Positions 51,583 to 64,000 of a stretch of DNA of 64,000 nucleotides are shown in pieces. The notes beneath the pieces were generated by a model, which searched no databases, had not been told where the DNA came from, and saw only the letters and a program-made list of their open reading frames with translations. Both the position numbers and the translations under genes were made by a program. The stretch's first letter is position 1; every line of letters starts with the position of its first letter. This DNA comes from Ophelia neglecta (lineage: Eukaryota): positions 45,322,001 through 45,386,000 of the forward strand of contig OZ260666.1 of assembly GCA_965285935.1 (NCBI GenBank), read 5' to 3'.

Positions 51583-54443
51583 GTGGTAAACATTTCTAAG
51601 CTTCCAGTTCATATTAGAAGGCTGACCTGAACTTTCATTTCATAAAATTTATACAATAATTTGGCAATATACTCTTTATATGAGTATAATGTTTTTGCAT
51701 TTAACTTTCTGTGTATGTGTCCCTTGAGGTTTTGTTAGCAAGTTCGTTTTGCACCATCTTTTAATATTCATTTGATAATGACTACTTACTCCCACTTCTT
51801 GCCAGATGGCAAACAGCATCTGATAAAAAACAATTATTGCAAAGCTCACATCGGATTTGTTGTGTATTGTATATTGGTAGAAATGAGAACATAATTATGA
51901 ATAACAAACTCTGTTTGAATCAGTGAGCTGATCCCTTGTTCAGAAACCATATGCTCCCTCCTCTGTTGCCCTTAATGATGACCTATGTGAATCCATTATC
52001 ATGGTAAATTGAATATGGTATCGCCCATTGTGCATGTTAATGGGAGAATTGCCCAAACAACCAAATTGGTTTAGAAGGAATGTAGGAAGAGTGAGGAACT
52101 GGGCTAGAGAACAAGCCATCCAGAATCTTATTTCATTATCACTGCTTTTCGTCTGAAGAAGGCATTGTTGGGTGAAAGTCTATCTATGGTCTTGCAAACG
52201 ATAACTGTGTTAGGTAACTTTTGCATGCCTTTATTAAGTGAGGAGGGAAATTAAAAAATGAATCTGCAGGGCCAAAGAAAGAGAAACAATGTTTTATCTT
52301 CTGTGGAGGACGTTTATGTACATTCAACATACAGGAGGGGATATGATGGGGAAATTAGAAATAATATAATAGATGATCTAAATGCATGAATTGTTGCCAT
52401 GTTGGCAGGAGCAAGGAGGAATGCTTGATGTTTGCCTGGAAGAGCCAAGGAAATGTTTTTAATAACCCTCTCTGTGTGAGGAAATTGTTCAAGGGATTAG
52501 CATGTGGTAACGACAGGCGAGCCTGTTGATTTATAGCGACGATCGCGCAGAGCAAAATTGACAATTTTGGTGAAAAGAAATCGGACATTGTCGCTCAGAG
52601 CTGCTGATTTCCCTTGCTGATTCGGCACGCACTTTGGAAATGGAACTCGCAAGTCCATTTTCATCTCGCCAAGCATTATTAGGGAGTTTATGAAATGTTT
52701 GTGATTTATGTTGGCACCATTAAACTGGTGAGAAGGGTGGGAGGGTTCATAATGAACTATAGCCAGAAAATTTCCACCTAGGGAGTGGGCAGGCAAGGTT
52801 CATTTTATTTCAGAAATTATTCATGGCTGTGAAAGAAAGAGAGGAAAACTTAATGTAGTAAATATAGTAAGATAATCCTGTAAAAATATTTGAAGGCAAA
52901 TATACACAGCCTGAATATGCTATCCTTTAAACTGGATATTAGGTTGAAATATATTTTCAACTGCTTGAGGAAAGTTGCTTTAACAAATGTGAAAAACAGT
53001 AATATTTGGCAAATGCATATTATTGGTAGAAAACACCTGTTTCCCAATGATAACAGTCACCATTAAAGTAATACTTCCTCTGGCCCCAGTTAATGTCTAT
53101 TTTTGGCAGTCCAGTGATTTCCTTCCCATTTCCTCTCTCTCCCTCCCTACGACTTCTGAGGATTACATTAAAGAACCAATTGAAACTCCAGCTTTCCGCG
53201 ATGTCAGTGGCAAATGCACTTGGTCGAATCTTGCTCTGATTTATGCTTGAGCGATGTATATGAAATTCATGAAATCGCAAGCGCAATTTCCTCTGACCAG
53301 TCCAGGGCTGCTGTATCATGCGTGATGAGTTGTTGCCAGGAAATGAAGAACTTTGGGGAACAATTATGAAGGGTGGTGGTTATGATCAGAATGGCTCGAC
53401 TTGCCATAGTGGGGCATATAACTATTTAGGGAAGTAATAACAAAATGATAATATGTAATCTACCACTGGCTCAACAATATTGGTCTTAAATCTCAACAAT
53501 GGTGTGGATTTAAGTAGCCATTATCAAGAAATGCATATTTACTGGAAGCACCTAGCAATGTGTGATAGGATATCCCTCAAAATCAGAATTTGGAATGTTC
53601 TGGTTGGTTAGAATCTTGACACCAGTATATTTAAGATATGCCATTTATCTAGTCTTAATATGCTCCTCAACTTTGAGAACTAGCCCCCATAATCTTATTA
53701 TTAAGGCACTCCATGTAAATATATTGATCTTTTAGACAGGCGGAGCATCTAGCTACCAAATTGGCATTGCAATTTGATTCCAAATTGACTGATGAGGACA
53801 ACTGTAACGAGAATGTGGGCACTCATTTCTATGCTGTCTGTTTGGCAATGTCTCCTAATGGCATTTTCTTCAGGACATGAGATTTGAAGGAAACAACTGC
53901 TAGGACTTTTCTTTTCATGTTTTTTTTTTAACAAATTTTTATATTTAACTTTACGTTAAACAGGCTGTTTAGATACCTAGGTACCAAACACAGATTTTAA
54001 TGATTGAAGTATGTAAACATATGAATACATTACAAATTTGTGGAGAACTCCTTTAATGAGAAACAAAATGATATATGTACCTTCATTACGTATATATAAC
54101 TACACAGAAGATGGAGAGTGCTATCAAAATACATTTTGTGTTTCTGATACCTACTTAATCATTCGGCAAATTTAATTTATCTTTATTGATGAGCTGAGTT
54201 AGAGAATGTACAACTATAAACCCACTGATTTGTAGATCTAAGCCTCTGGGGAGGTGACAATGCAGATGATATTTGGATGATAACAGATGAAAAGTCTTTT
54301 CTCTTACTTGAATACATGTTATGAAGGGAATATTGGAGAGAAATTAAAAGCTAGAGATCTTATAATTATTGCTCTGATATCTCCATCATGATGCTAGGCT
54401 GTGTGACATGGAGTGGCCAAAGGCAAGGACTGTGACAGACTGA

Positions 54444-54772
54444 GCTTCACAGTGAACCCAAAGAAAGGCAACTGAACACAGCAGTAGAGTCCTTACTGAC
54501 CTTGACTATCTGATGACATAGCTCTGCAGTGAACCCACAGCGATGCAGCGAACACTAACATAATGGTGCTTTACTTCTGACCTTTGCTTTCTGATGACAT
54601 AGCTATGCGGTGAACCCTCAGCAAGGTAGCGGAATACTAGCAGTGTGGTGCTTAATATTGATCTTGACTTCTGTTGATGTAGCTCGGCTGTGAACCCACA
54701 GCAAGGCAGCTGAACACCAGCAGTATAGTGCTTACTGACCTCGACTTTCTGATGACATATAGCTCTGCTGTC
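54444..54772. repeat. Tandem repeat, ~76-81-bp unit, 4 copies plus partial
   Basis: AGCT...GTGAACCC.CAGC.AGGCAGC.GAACAC...GTGCTTACTGACCTTGACTTTCTGATGACAT starts at ~54444, 54520, 54601, 54681 and 54761. Confidence 0.9.
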
Positions 54773-56947
54773 CGTGGTAAAAGCATATAAAAACAGGCCC
54801 AGGGACTGCTGGACAGGGTGGATGGCATAGCTCAGTTAGTGAGACAAGGTATTCCAATACAGCAACCTTGAAAACATCACCACGAAGACAAATACATGTA
54901 TGACCAGGAACTGTAGAAAATCACAATTTACAATTACATCTAATCATTGGTGGGTTCCAATGATTTAGAACCACACAATGATTTAACAACCTGCTTGGCA
55001 AGATCCTGGTAAAATGCAATGGAATGGACACCATGCATGTAGGTCAGTGAATGTCAGCTTGATAGTGTGCTGGTGGAAGAAGCAACTTTGTGGATGCTGA
55101 CTCCTGAACACTGGAGCTGAACCTGAACTACTGCTGTACCTAAAGTCATGCAGAAACCAGTGGTCAGTCCAAAGAATAAGTGATACCCTCTGGAGGAAAC
55201 ACCTAAAGCTGGCAAGTCCTGTTTACTTAGAGAAGAACCAGACAGCCTCTGTCATGGCTTTATCAGCCAAGCACTAACAGAGGGAAAAAGACACCTACAT
55301 GAGTCGACCTAATAGAAGCCAGTCATGAAGCAGCTGAGCAATGGAACAGCTTATAGGGCTTGAAGGCTGCAAAACTTGCAGGGTATTGCTACACCAGGCA
55401 AAGTGACATTTGATCATCAGCTGATCCTCTAATGATGGTCGAAAACATGACAATGAGGATGATAATTATATGGAAAAAAGTCACAATGGTTAACAAAACA
55501 GTATTCAAGTAGCTTCAGTAGATTTTGTCATGAATGAAAAGGAGGAACTTGTATTGTTTTACCAGGACTGTATTGGATTCTCAGTATTCATGCTAGTACT
55601 TTCTCAGGTGCTTGCAGGCGTTAATGGCTGTACGAAGGTGGCGCTGAAGGTACGAGAATCGACCACTATGTTTAAAATGAAGATAGCAGAATTAATGCCA
55701 AAAAGATGCAGTCACAATTTCGATACAGTATGCGAATTTTCCAGTACAGACATGTCAAATTCAGGTGTTCATATGGTATGTGTGACAGTCAGAAGTGTAT
55801 AAACTTTTAAAGTAGCTGCCATATTGATAAAAGGACAACACATCAAATGATATTGAAATCAAAGGATGCCCCTTGTTCCAGGCACATCAATACCTGTGAA
55901 ACAAACTTCAAGATTACCAAAGGTGGCCTTCGAGTCTTCGACACCACTAAACGGTATCTAACTAGTATGTTGTAAGGATGTTAATGCTGGCTAATAATCA
56001 ATATGTATCAGGTTATAAGAAGTACACCAGCTATCTCTGTAAGGCCCAAAAAAGATCAGTTTTATTTTACAATGTTGACTCTAGAGATTTTGGCAGAATT
56101 TACAATTGCTTTTGGGAGACATCCTTGAGAGACATGTACAGGATATTCAAGTATTATAGGCACATACTACTAGTTTGAGGTATCTTGGAAACTGACAATA
56201 TAAAAGGTGCAAGAGGCAGTCTTATTTTTTTTTAAATGTGATGGAAAAAAACGAGGAACTTGTATTTTATTACCAATAAAATATAAATTCTATTACTGTA
56301 GGTCATTCCAATGAAACTCCAACAAATTGTATGTAATTACAATGATGGTTTCGTCAAGTACTATATTATTTGAATGTTATAAGAGATGCTTGTTTATTTA
56401 GCGATGAGACTTTTTCCTGGGTAATGCAATCTGTATTTAAACAGGCATTTAGAAACCCATGACTCCTAGGAATAGTGAGTCTAAAAGATAGGAGTGCTTT
56501 ATGGTATGATGCCTGAGTAAGTCAAAGCAATGGGTGACCTTGGGTGGTAATAGTGACATTGATGGTAAATGTGTAGCAGCTAAATTAACACATATGGCTC
56601 AACTGCAATCAACTAATGCATATATAATATAGGACGTGTAGACATGTACATCAAGATGGAAATTACAGGCAAAAGTTATGCTAGAACTATGAATTTTATT
56701 ATTTTATTGACCTTTGTGTGCCCACGATGCCTTTTTAAGACCATCTTTGAAAATGAAGCAGAAATAAGCATTATTAGAATTAACGTTGTTAGTAGCAGCT
56801 GGATGACTTTCAAGGTCAAGGCCAAACCTGAAGGGTAAGGACACCTTCCGACTTGAAACATGTGATATACATATGTGATATTCAATGTATGTTTATATGT
56901 TCTCAATACTGATATACACTGCCAGTTAAAGAAGCTTGATAGCATAG

Positions 56948-57081
56948 GCCACTTCGGGTGCTGTACGAGCCATTTTGGGTGCTGTAAAAGCCATTTTGGG
57001 TGCTGTACGAGCCATTTTGGGTGCTGTACAAGCCACTTTGGGTGCTGAATGAGCCATTTTGGGTGCTGTATGAGCCATTTT
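56948..57081. repeat. 21-bp minisatellite x6
   Basis: The unit is GCCATTTTGGGTGCTGTACGA. It produces the KWLVQHP repeats in the ORF track. Confidence 0.95.
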
Positions 57082-60000
57082 GTTTCCAAAAATAGGCCAA
57101 AACTATAAGTTCACGAGAGTCATCACAGGTTGTACTGTATGATGGCAATCTTTTCAGTAAGTTGCAAGGCTTTCAATTTTCAGTTAAATGTCGCTGCCAA
57201 CATATTTCGTAAAACAAAACGATAAATTACAGGTATTTATAAAATTTATATCAGCATGGTGAAATTAATATCAGCATGCAAAACCATTCTGAAACTGCCA
57301 AGTCATGCAATAAACAACATAATATCAGCTTTCTTCTTCAATAAATTTAAAAGTTATAAATAACATACATTTACAGCCGCATATAAGTATTGTACTTTCA
57401 GACTGGAGAGATCTCTAAACTGATTTGTATCACACACAAAAAGTGTAAAACTTCTTTAGGTAGTAGCTACTGCTGTGCATTCCAACTCAATTTTGCAAGA
57501 CAGTGTTCTGGCAAGGGTTGATTACACCAAATTGGCTCATAGAATCTCATGGTTGCTGGGGTATAGTGTAATTGTGTCCATGATATAAATTTTGAAGGCT
57601 ATTGATACAGGAGGGCTGCTGGTAATGTGCCTGTCCGATTTCGAAGCATCGTTATTCCGTCCACTGACAGGCTAAAGGCAGAATAATGGTGCTGGGAAAT
57701 GAATAAACGGAATTAATTTCCTTTTATGTCGGCCACTTTCCACTTGGCATTACATTTATACACTGCTGCAAATGTGATTAATATAATGGCATTAGTTTTT
57801 CATTATGTAGATCAGGCGGTGGCACTTTACATGATGAATCTAGCGTCTGGTGACGATACGGAATAAGAGAATTGGGTTTCAGTCTCAACCAAGTTAAGCT
57901 GGGTACCAGTCGCAAAAAGCCAGATCATTTGGAGAGGAGATTCTAAACTGGTCACGGCATTTTGATTGTCAAGCCAGCTGAGGCAGTCCATGGACTTTGT
58001 GATAAAACAATACCAATTAATACATTGTAACGTGGTAGTGAGCTGCTTAGACTCAGGATATTGTCATTCTCTCTGGAAGAGATGCATACAGATTGATTTG
58101 TACTTTGTACTTTGAGTCTTCGTCTGAGATTGGATTCATTGGTTAGTAGTCTTTTATGTATTGCATTAGCATGAATAGACATGTAGTAAGACTTTGATTA
58201 AATTGTCTTGCCAATTATTTTTGAAAGTCTTCATAATAATTAATCAGTCTGATAATGCAAAGCTAGGTTTAAAAAAGTGTACAGAATCAAAATGCATGAT
58301 GTTATAGATATAAGGCCAATGGGTATCAGCCATTAAAGTTATATTGTGTTTTGGACCTGTATGCTGTGCCCTTTTTGTGGTCTCATATTGCTCACCGCTG
58401 CCCTGTGGAGAGGGTGACAAGGAGAGGGTAATCCCCGCCACCTGACCTGATAACCCCTGACCTTAACCTCTCTCTGAGTAACCAGACGGAGCACTAAATC
58501 GTTCCTGCTGTTTCTGTGCTGCAATCCTTAACAGCTTTTGCTGCTGTGCTTTGCCAACTACCATTTCAGATCAGGCTCACATTGTCGATCTGATGTGGAT
58601 AGCTGATTAAATTGCCTTCCAATCGGAGACAGTGGGTTTTCCTCTGTTGATTAAATTTCTGAATTAAGAAAAGTATCGCTTGCACAAGGAGGAAAATTAC
58701 TTGTGGCCATTAATGAGAAAGGAAACCCGTTGCATGAGCAATTTTCTAGAGGAGGAGGGAGAGACTTCAGGGAAATTACAAATGAGCTGGAGCAATTACT
58801 GCAGGGTAATAGGAGCTAAAGCTGAGGTGTGTGGCCGATGGAGGGACGGACAAGCTGAGTGGACCTGCTGCTCAACATATTAATACCACAATTATACAGC
58901 CATGATAAACAGGGAGGTGTAAGAGATGGACAGACACATGATGGGCTAGGGATTGATACTTTGATTAAAAACTCATCGGGCAAAATGAAACTTGTATATC
59001 TATTAATGAAAACATTGTGTACGTAGATCATATTAACCCAAAGGTAATGGCAAAATACATGTTTTTCATCAAATTATAAATCTTTTACTAGATTAAGAAC
59101 CAATTTGAAATGGTCACTAAGAATTTCTGTGCAGGGAACAAAGATTTTTTGCCAAAATTTAAAACTGAGAATCGTTAAATAATACAGATATGCCAAATAT
59201 TTCCTCTTGAAAGGTTTCCTTGAAATAGTTTTGTTGTTTTTCGGACATTTATAGCCTATGGAGATAGGTATCTGACAACCTGTGCTAGAATTAGCTCAAG
59301 CAAATCTTTGTGTCTGGGTGATTCCTGCACCACCTGCACCCCATTGCCATCAATTACAATAAAACATTTTCCCCATGGCTAACCCTGACATCAGCTAGAA
59401 CCCACAACTATTTCCATCACTTTATCATCGCATCGATGTGAGCATCAAATAAATACAGCATACTCGCTCGCTAACCACCGAGCAACCACTACATGTGAAC
59501 ATGCAGCTGTGTGAATCCTTAGTACTGTAAAGAGCCACCATTTGCCTTCAGCATTGTTTAGTGTAGTTTGATTAAACTACCATCAATTGCCTATTGTCAC
59601 CACATTCTTGTGATGGGGTCTCTGAGCAAGGAGAATGTGATGACTTCCTGGCTCAGTGAGCTCCCTGACCCAGTCTGTCTTTACCGGAGAGTGAACATGT
59701 CTCCTGGAGGTCCTGGGTCAAACAGGGAGTCTACCGACAAAACCATTAAAAAATAAATATCACATTTGTTGCAGCTAACAATTCTTACCAGTAATCTGGT
59801 ATGTTATAATGTACAGGTTACATCTTTTAAAAAGGAGAAGAAACTTCTCACATGGACTTAATAATTTACTCTTGCCCCAATGCCCATTAGTGTGCAGCCA
59901 ACTGCAATTCTTCTACATGAAGAAAGTTTCCTTCAAACATGGCACAGCACACCTCAACTGGCTCTAAATGGAGACTTGATAGACATCAACAGGCACAAAA

Positions 60001-62020
60001 TGAAAACATGACTAGGTTTACAATCTAAAATGATGGTCTGGCTATAAAATGGCTAAGAAATCTATAATAGCTTGTGCCAGATTCTGGGGAGTGATAGCAG
60101 ACTTTGCTGGTCGACTCTGATTATTGGGGTGATAGCGCCCCCTTCAACTGCTTTCACTTGCCATATTTTCTCGCTAAATTGGATGCTGTCAAGCTTCAAG
60201 CCTTGGGATTGAAATAGGGAGATGTGTTTCACTCCAGTTCATGTTCATTAGCAAATGTAATTCTGAGTGGCAGGTATAGGATGGCTGCAGATCAAAGTGT
60301 CCATTGTTTGTGTATCAATTCACGTCAGCTTTGTTAGAGCGTCAATGGACAAGTTTTTCCCATAAAAAGGTGATTGCATAATGATTGGTTATGCCGTTAT
60401 TGCTTATTGTTCAGCAAATATTAAAATTGTCAAACCCATTTCACACAGTTGTGGAATAGTCATTAATAATGTAGCGTTGTGTTAGCTTGTTCACATGGAA
60501 GAGTATTTTTGTTACTCAACAGCTCTTTGAGATGTGCCATCTACATACTACTCATTTCATCATGTAGCTCAATTATGGGGTTTCTCTAAGTAATTGTACA
60601 CCCACAATGCTGTCAGAGCCATTTCCAAGATCAGGACAAAGTGATTACTATCTTGCCCATCTTCCGCTGTCCTGAAAAATCTCCCCGAACAAATGGAGTA
60701 CAGCAAAATAAATGGCGGTGACAAAATGAATCACATGGAGCTGGCTCATTGGCAGCGCATGAGCACCCTGCTCCCTCACGCTGAGCGCAATGGAAATTGG
60801 AGGTTTAGAAACTAAGTTCTCAGCTAAATTGAAAAGTAATGAAAGGCAATGAAATTGACATGGGCGGATTTCCCGAAATTGATGCAGTCCTCTCCCTCCG
60901 TCAGCTTGCTCAGCCTGTGTTGTTTGGTGGGTGGTGATAGAACTGTACAGTAAATTTAATCAATTGATGTCTTATTCAGTGCTCATTTCATGCTGAAAAT
61001 GGCAGACTGGGCACCTGTAATTTCAATTTCATCGTCATTACAGTGCATTGGTGCAGGCTGGTGCATCTGTTCACTAGCTTCCTTCGTTATTAGGCCAAAC
61101 TGGTTTAGTTCTATGCTGCAAATTTTCAGATCATGATCATCCCTCCAACGGTCAGTCCAAATGTTTTGATACTGTAGCAATTCAAGGCCCGAAAATTACT
61201 GTCTAATGGGTCCTATCCATTTTGGTTTAATTTTTTTTTTTGGCAAAGTTTGTATTTGTAAGCTTAATATACATGTGTACGGTATTGTAAAACCTGAAAG
61301 TCTAAATATATATATTGCCACAGTCTGCCCTACCTTAAGAAACTTTGAAAAAATTAAATACTACTGGTATGCTTTTCCCCAATTCTCACAAGCAAGTTCA
61401 GAAATGCCATTTTTAATGTCACTATTTTCTGCTCATGCCTTTTGAGTCTTAGAAGTGTTTATGGTGAAAGTTTACTCTTTTCAGCTTTGCTTGATGTTAA
61501 GTTTGCGTGCCCTAGCCGTACCATAAATCAACTAGCCGCCTGCTGCAGTGGCTTTCATGTGTCAAGACCAGGAAATTGCTATGTGGCAGGGTGTATGTCC
61601 CTTCCAGATCTATGGCTTACTAAATCTCAGATCATCTTTCCGTTCAATTCTCCACCGTTTTCCTAATCACACACATCACCTGACCTGGTGGAGGTGAGCC
61701 ATGGCTGCCTCAGTTGATGGCCATGAGGCTGTGAGAGCATTGACTTGACTGGGGGTGCAAATAACAGTCAGCCTTCAGTGACTTGTATTTAGTCAAACTG
61801 TCACATTCATAAAGAAAATCCAGCATGAATAGTTGACTTCCCATTATTATTAGTGCACAAGTTTTCTACTTCAAAATAGAAACAGTTTCATGCACTACCA
61901 GAAATTTACTGAATGCACTGCTAGAAACTGGCCTCAAATGCAGGAGTTGAATATTCTAATAATGAAAGCAGAAATGATATACACAATACACCTAAACTCT
62001 GGGCCTTCAGGGCCTTCCAG

Positions 62021-62730
62021 CCCAGGCCATACTCAGTGTCCAGTCAACATGTCTTTCCATCCCAGGCCATACTCAGTGTCCAGTCTTCATGTCTTTCCAG
62101 TCAAGGCCATACTCAGTGTCCAGTCTTCATGTCTTTCCAGCCAAGGCCATACTCAGTGTCTGGTCTTCATGTCCTTCTAGCCCAGGCCATACTCAGTGTC
62201 CAGTCTTCATGTCCTTCTAGCCCAGGCCATACTCAGTGTCCAGTCTTCATGTCTTTCCAGCCAAGGCCATACTCAGTGTCTGGTCTTCATGACTTTCCAG
62301 CCAAGGCCATACTCAGTGTCCAGTCTTCATGTCTTTCCAGTCAAGGCCATATTCAGTGTCCAGTCTTCATGTCTTTCCAGTCCAGGCCATACTCAGTGTC
62401 CAGTCTTCATGTCTTTCCAGCCCAGGCCATACTCAGTGTCCAGTCTACATGTCTTTCAGGCCAAGGCCATACTCAGTGTCTGGTCTTCATGACTTTCCAG
62501 TCCAGGCCATACTCAGTGTCCAGTCTTCATGTCTTTCCAGCCCAGGCCATACTCAAGTGTCCAGTCTTCATGTCCTTCCAGCCAAGGTCATACTCAGTGT
62601 CCAGTCTACATGTCTTCTCTTGGCCATGTCTTTTTCCTGTATGTTCTTGCAGCACCAGCCATACCTTGTGTCCAGCCTACATATCTGTTCCCCTTAGCCA
62701 TACTCAGTTTCTCACCTTCAAGTCCTTCTG
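62021..62730. repeat. 40-bp minisatellite, 15 well-conserved copies (62021-62620) with a decayed tail
   Basis: The unit CC(C/A)AGGCCATACTCAGTGTCCAGTCTTCATGTCTTTCCAG repeats at an exact 40-bp period. Confidence 0.95.
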
Positions 62731-64000
62731 GCATCTAGGGTGTTCTTGCAGAACACACCTGTACTCAATTTGCATACAGAAGTACAAAAGCTTGCCATGT
62801 AAATGATTCAATATATGACTGTAAATGCACCATTAGCACAAATTAAATATGAACAAAGTTCTTTTTAAATATTGATAGTAGGAACTTTTTTACTTCCCAT
62901 GTTGGTATCCAGTATATATATAATTTTGAATTGTTATCATCCAAAATGTTTGAATTTGTTGTCTGCCTGGCAAGGTGATAAAATGGAGGTGGATGGACTT
63001 AGAGAAACAAGTGAAGCCATTGAAATGGTTGTGATAGAGGGATGCTTGTAGTTTGCTGTTGTCCTGTAAGACGACAGCTGTGGGCTTGTGCCGAGTTCCC
63101 TCTCATGCCTGCGAGCACTCAGACGTAAACCTTTTAGCATAGTCTCCCAGATTGGCTGCACTTTCTCTGTCATTTGGGCTTTGTCTTCTGTACTCTCAGC
63201 AATCAGCGTGACACGGCAAAGCTCTCGCAGACACCAGCCATATATTGCACCTCGCCGTATTAAATGTTATTTTCATGTCAACATTAGAGCTAGCTGCTAG
63301 AGTTTCTCCCCACTAATGGTAAACTGTGGTTAGGTATAATGCATTGGCTTTGCTTTAAGTGGTTGGGCCAGCGATGGTAAAACACAATTCTCACTACCAT
63401 TGGTTTTTCTGGAGTGTATTTTCCACAACTGATTCAGATCACCTTCAGCAATTGACTGAGCGCTGAGAGCCATACTCCTAATCCATCAAATAGGTATCGA
63501 TCAATACACTCAATTATGAGGCTTTTCATCGGCATAATGTGACTACCATATTGATCGATTAATCAAGCTGGGATGAGCACATGACACAAAGGGGGCCAAT
63601 TACACTCCGTCAATATTATTGAATGTTGCTTAAAATCACTTGATTGCCTGGTGATTAGAGCCAAAAACCAATCAGAGCTTCACGCAAAGGCTGAGCATTG
63701 AGCTCATCTTGATCATCTCAGCTGCAGGAGGCCAACTGAGAGGCTGATCAGCTTGTGTTAGAAAAGATGATGAAGTGCACCGTCCAGGAAGGATTGCCAT
63801 TTTTACAAGTATTAATAGTATGATCCTTTCATCTAGCACACACAATCAATGTCACTTCTCCAAGCAAGGTGCCAATTTAACATTCAATTTGGACATGAAA
63901 ACCACCCGCTCATTTTATTGTGCTATGCTATTATGAAGGTTGTTTTGCTATTATTCTCTTGAAAAGAATTGTATCCTCCACTGCACCCATACCCTGCAGT

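Noticed and set aside
54444-54772. Tandem hammerhead ribozymes (CTGATGA in several units)
   Set aside because: There is no GAAA after a stem II and no consistent stems I/III. The other CTGATGA sites I checked (e.g. ~49910, 53789) also fail.
56676-57148. KWLVQHP-repeat ORF
   Set aside because: It is a product of the 21-bp tandem repeat, with no splice or homology support.
61890-62806. 256-aa and other overlapping + strand ORFs
   Set aside because: They are translations of the 40-bp minisatellite; the same peptide appears in all three frames.
1-64000. Conserved bilaterian miRNAs, intact tRNAs, rRNA, and the remaining 60-100 aa ORFs
   Set aside because: I found only partial seed-like matches and no cloverleaf or rRNA signature. 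The short ORFs have random-like composition and no splice support.

Overview
This is AT-rich (roughly 36-38% GC by eye), intron-dominated eukaryotic DNA, most likely from a marine invertebrate animal. That assignment is an inference from the abundant TACATGTA, the MITE types and the CpG pattern. It is not prokaryotic, and I see no operons, CRISPR arrays or rRNA genes. The window appears to hold the 5' end of one very large + strand gene. A CpG-rich promoter zone (about 3-7.7 kb) is followed by non-coding leader exons and two mutually incompatible first coding exons (15214-15340 and 34194-34341). Both coding exons end in phase 1 on AG|GT; one encodes a basic PKRRGRKRK motif and the other an IKTE SUMO motif. 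No further convincing coding exon appears before the window ends. The most interesting signal is a set of candidate recursive splice sites (polypyrimidine-YAG|GT 'ratchet points'). The best is at 38410/38411 (TTTCATTTTCAG|GTAAGT), followed by a 75-nt cryptic exon carrying an in-frame stop. The gene body is CpG-depleted except for many short CpG-retaining, TAAT/TGAT-rich patches that look like enhancers. The rest consists of MITEs (Tc1/mariner-pogo-like and piggyBac-like) and minisatellites; the long ORFs in the supplied track are repeat artefacts. The gene cannot be named from this window.
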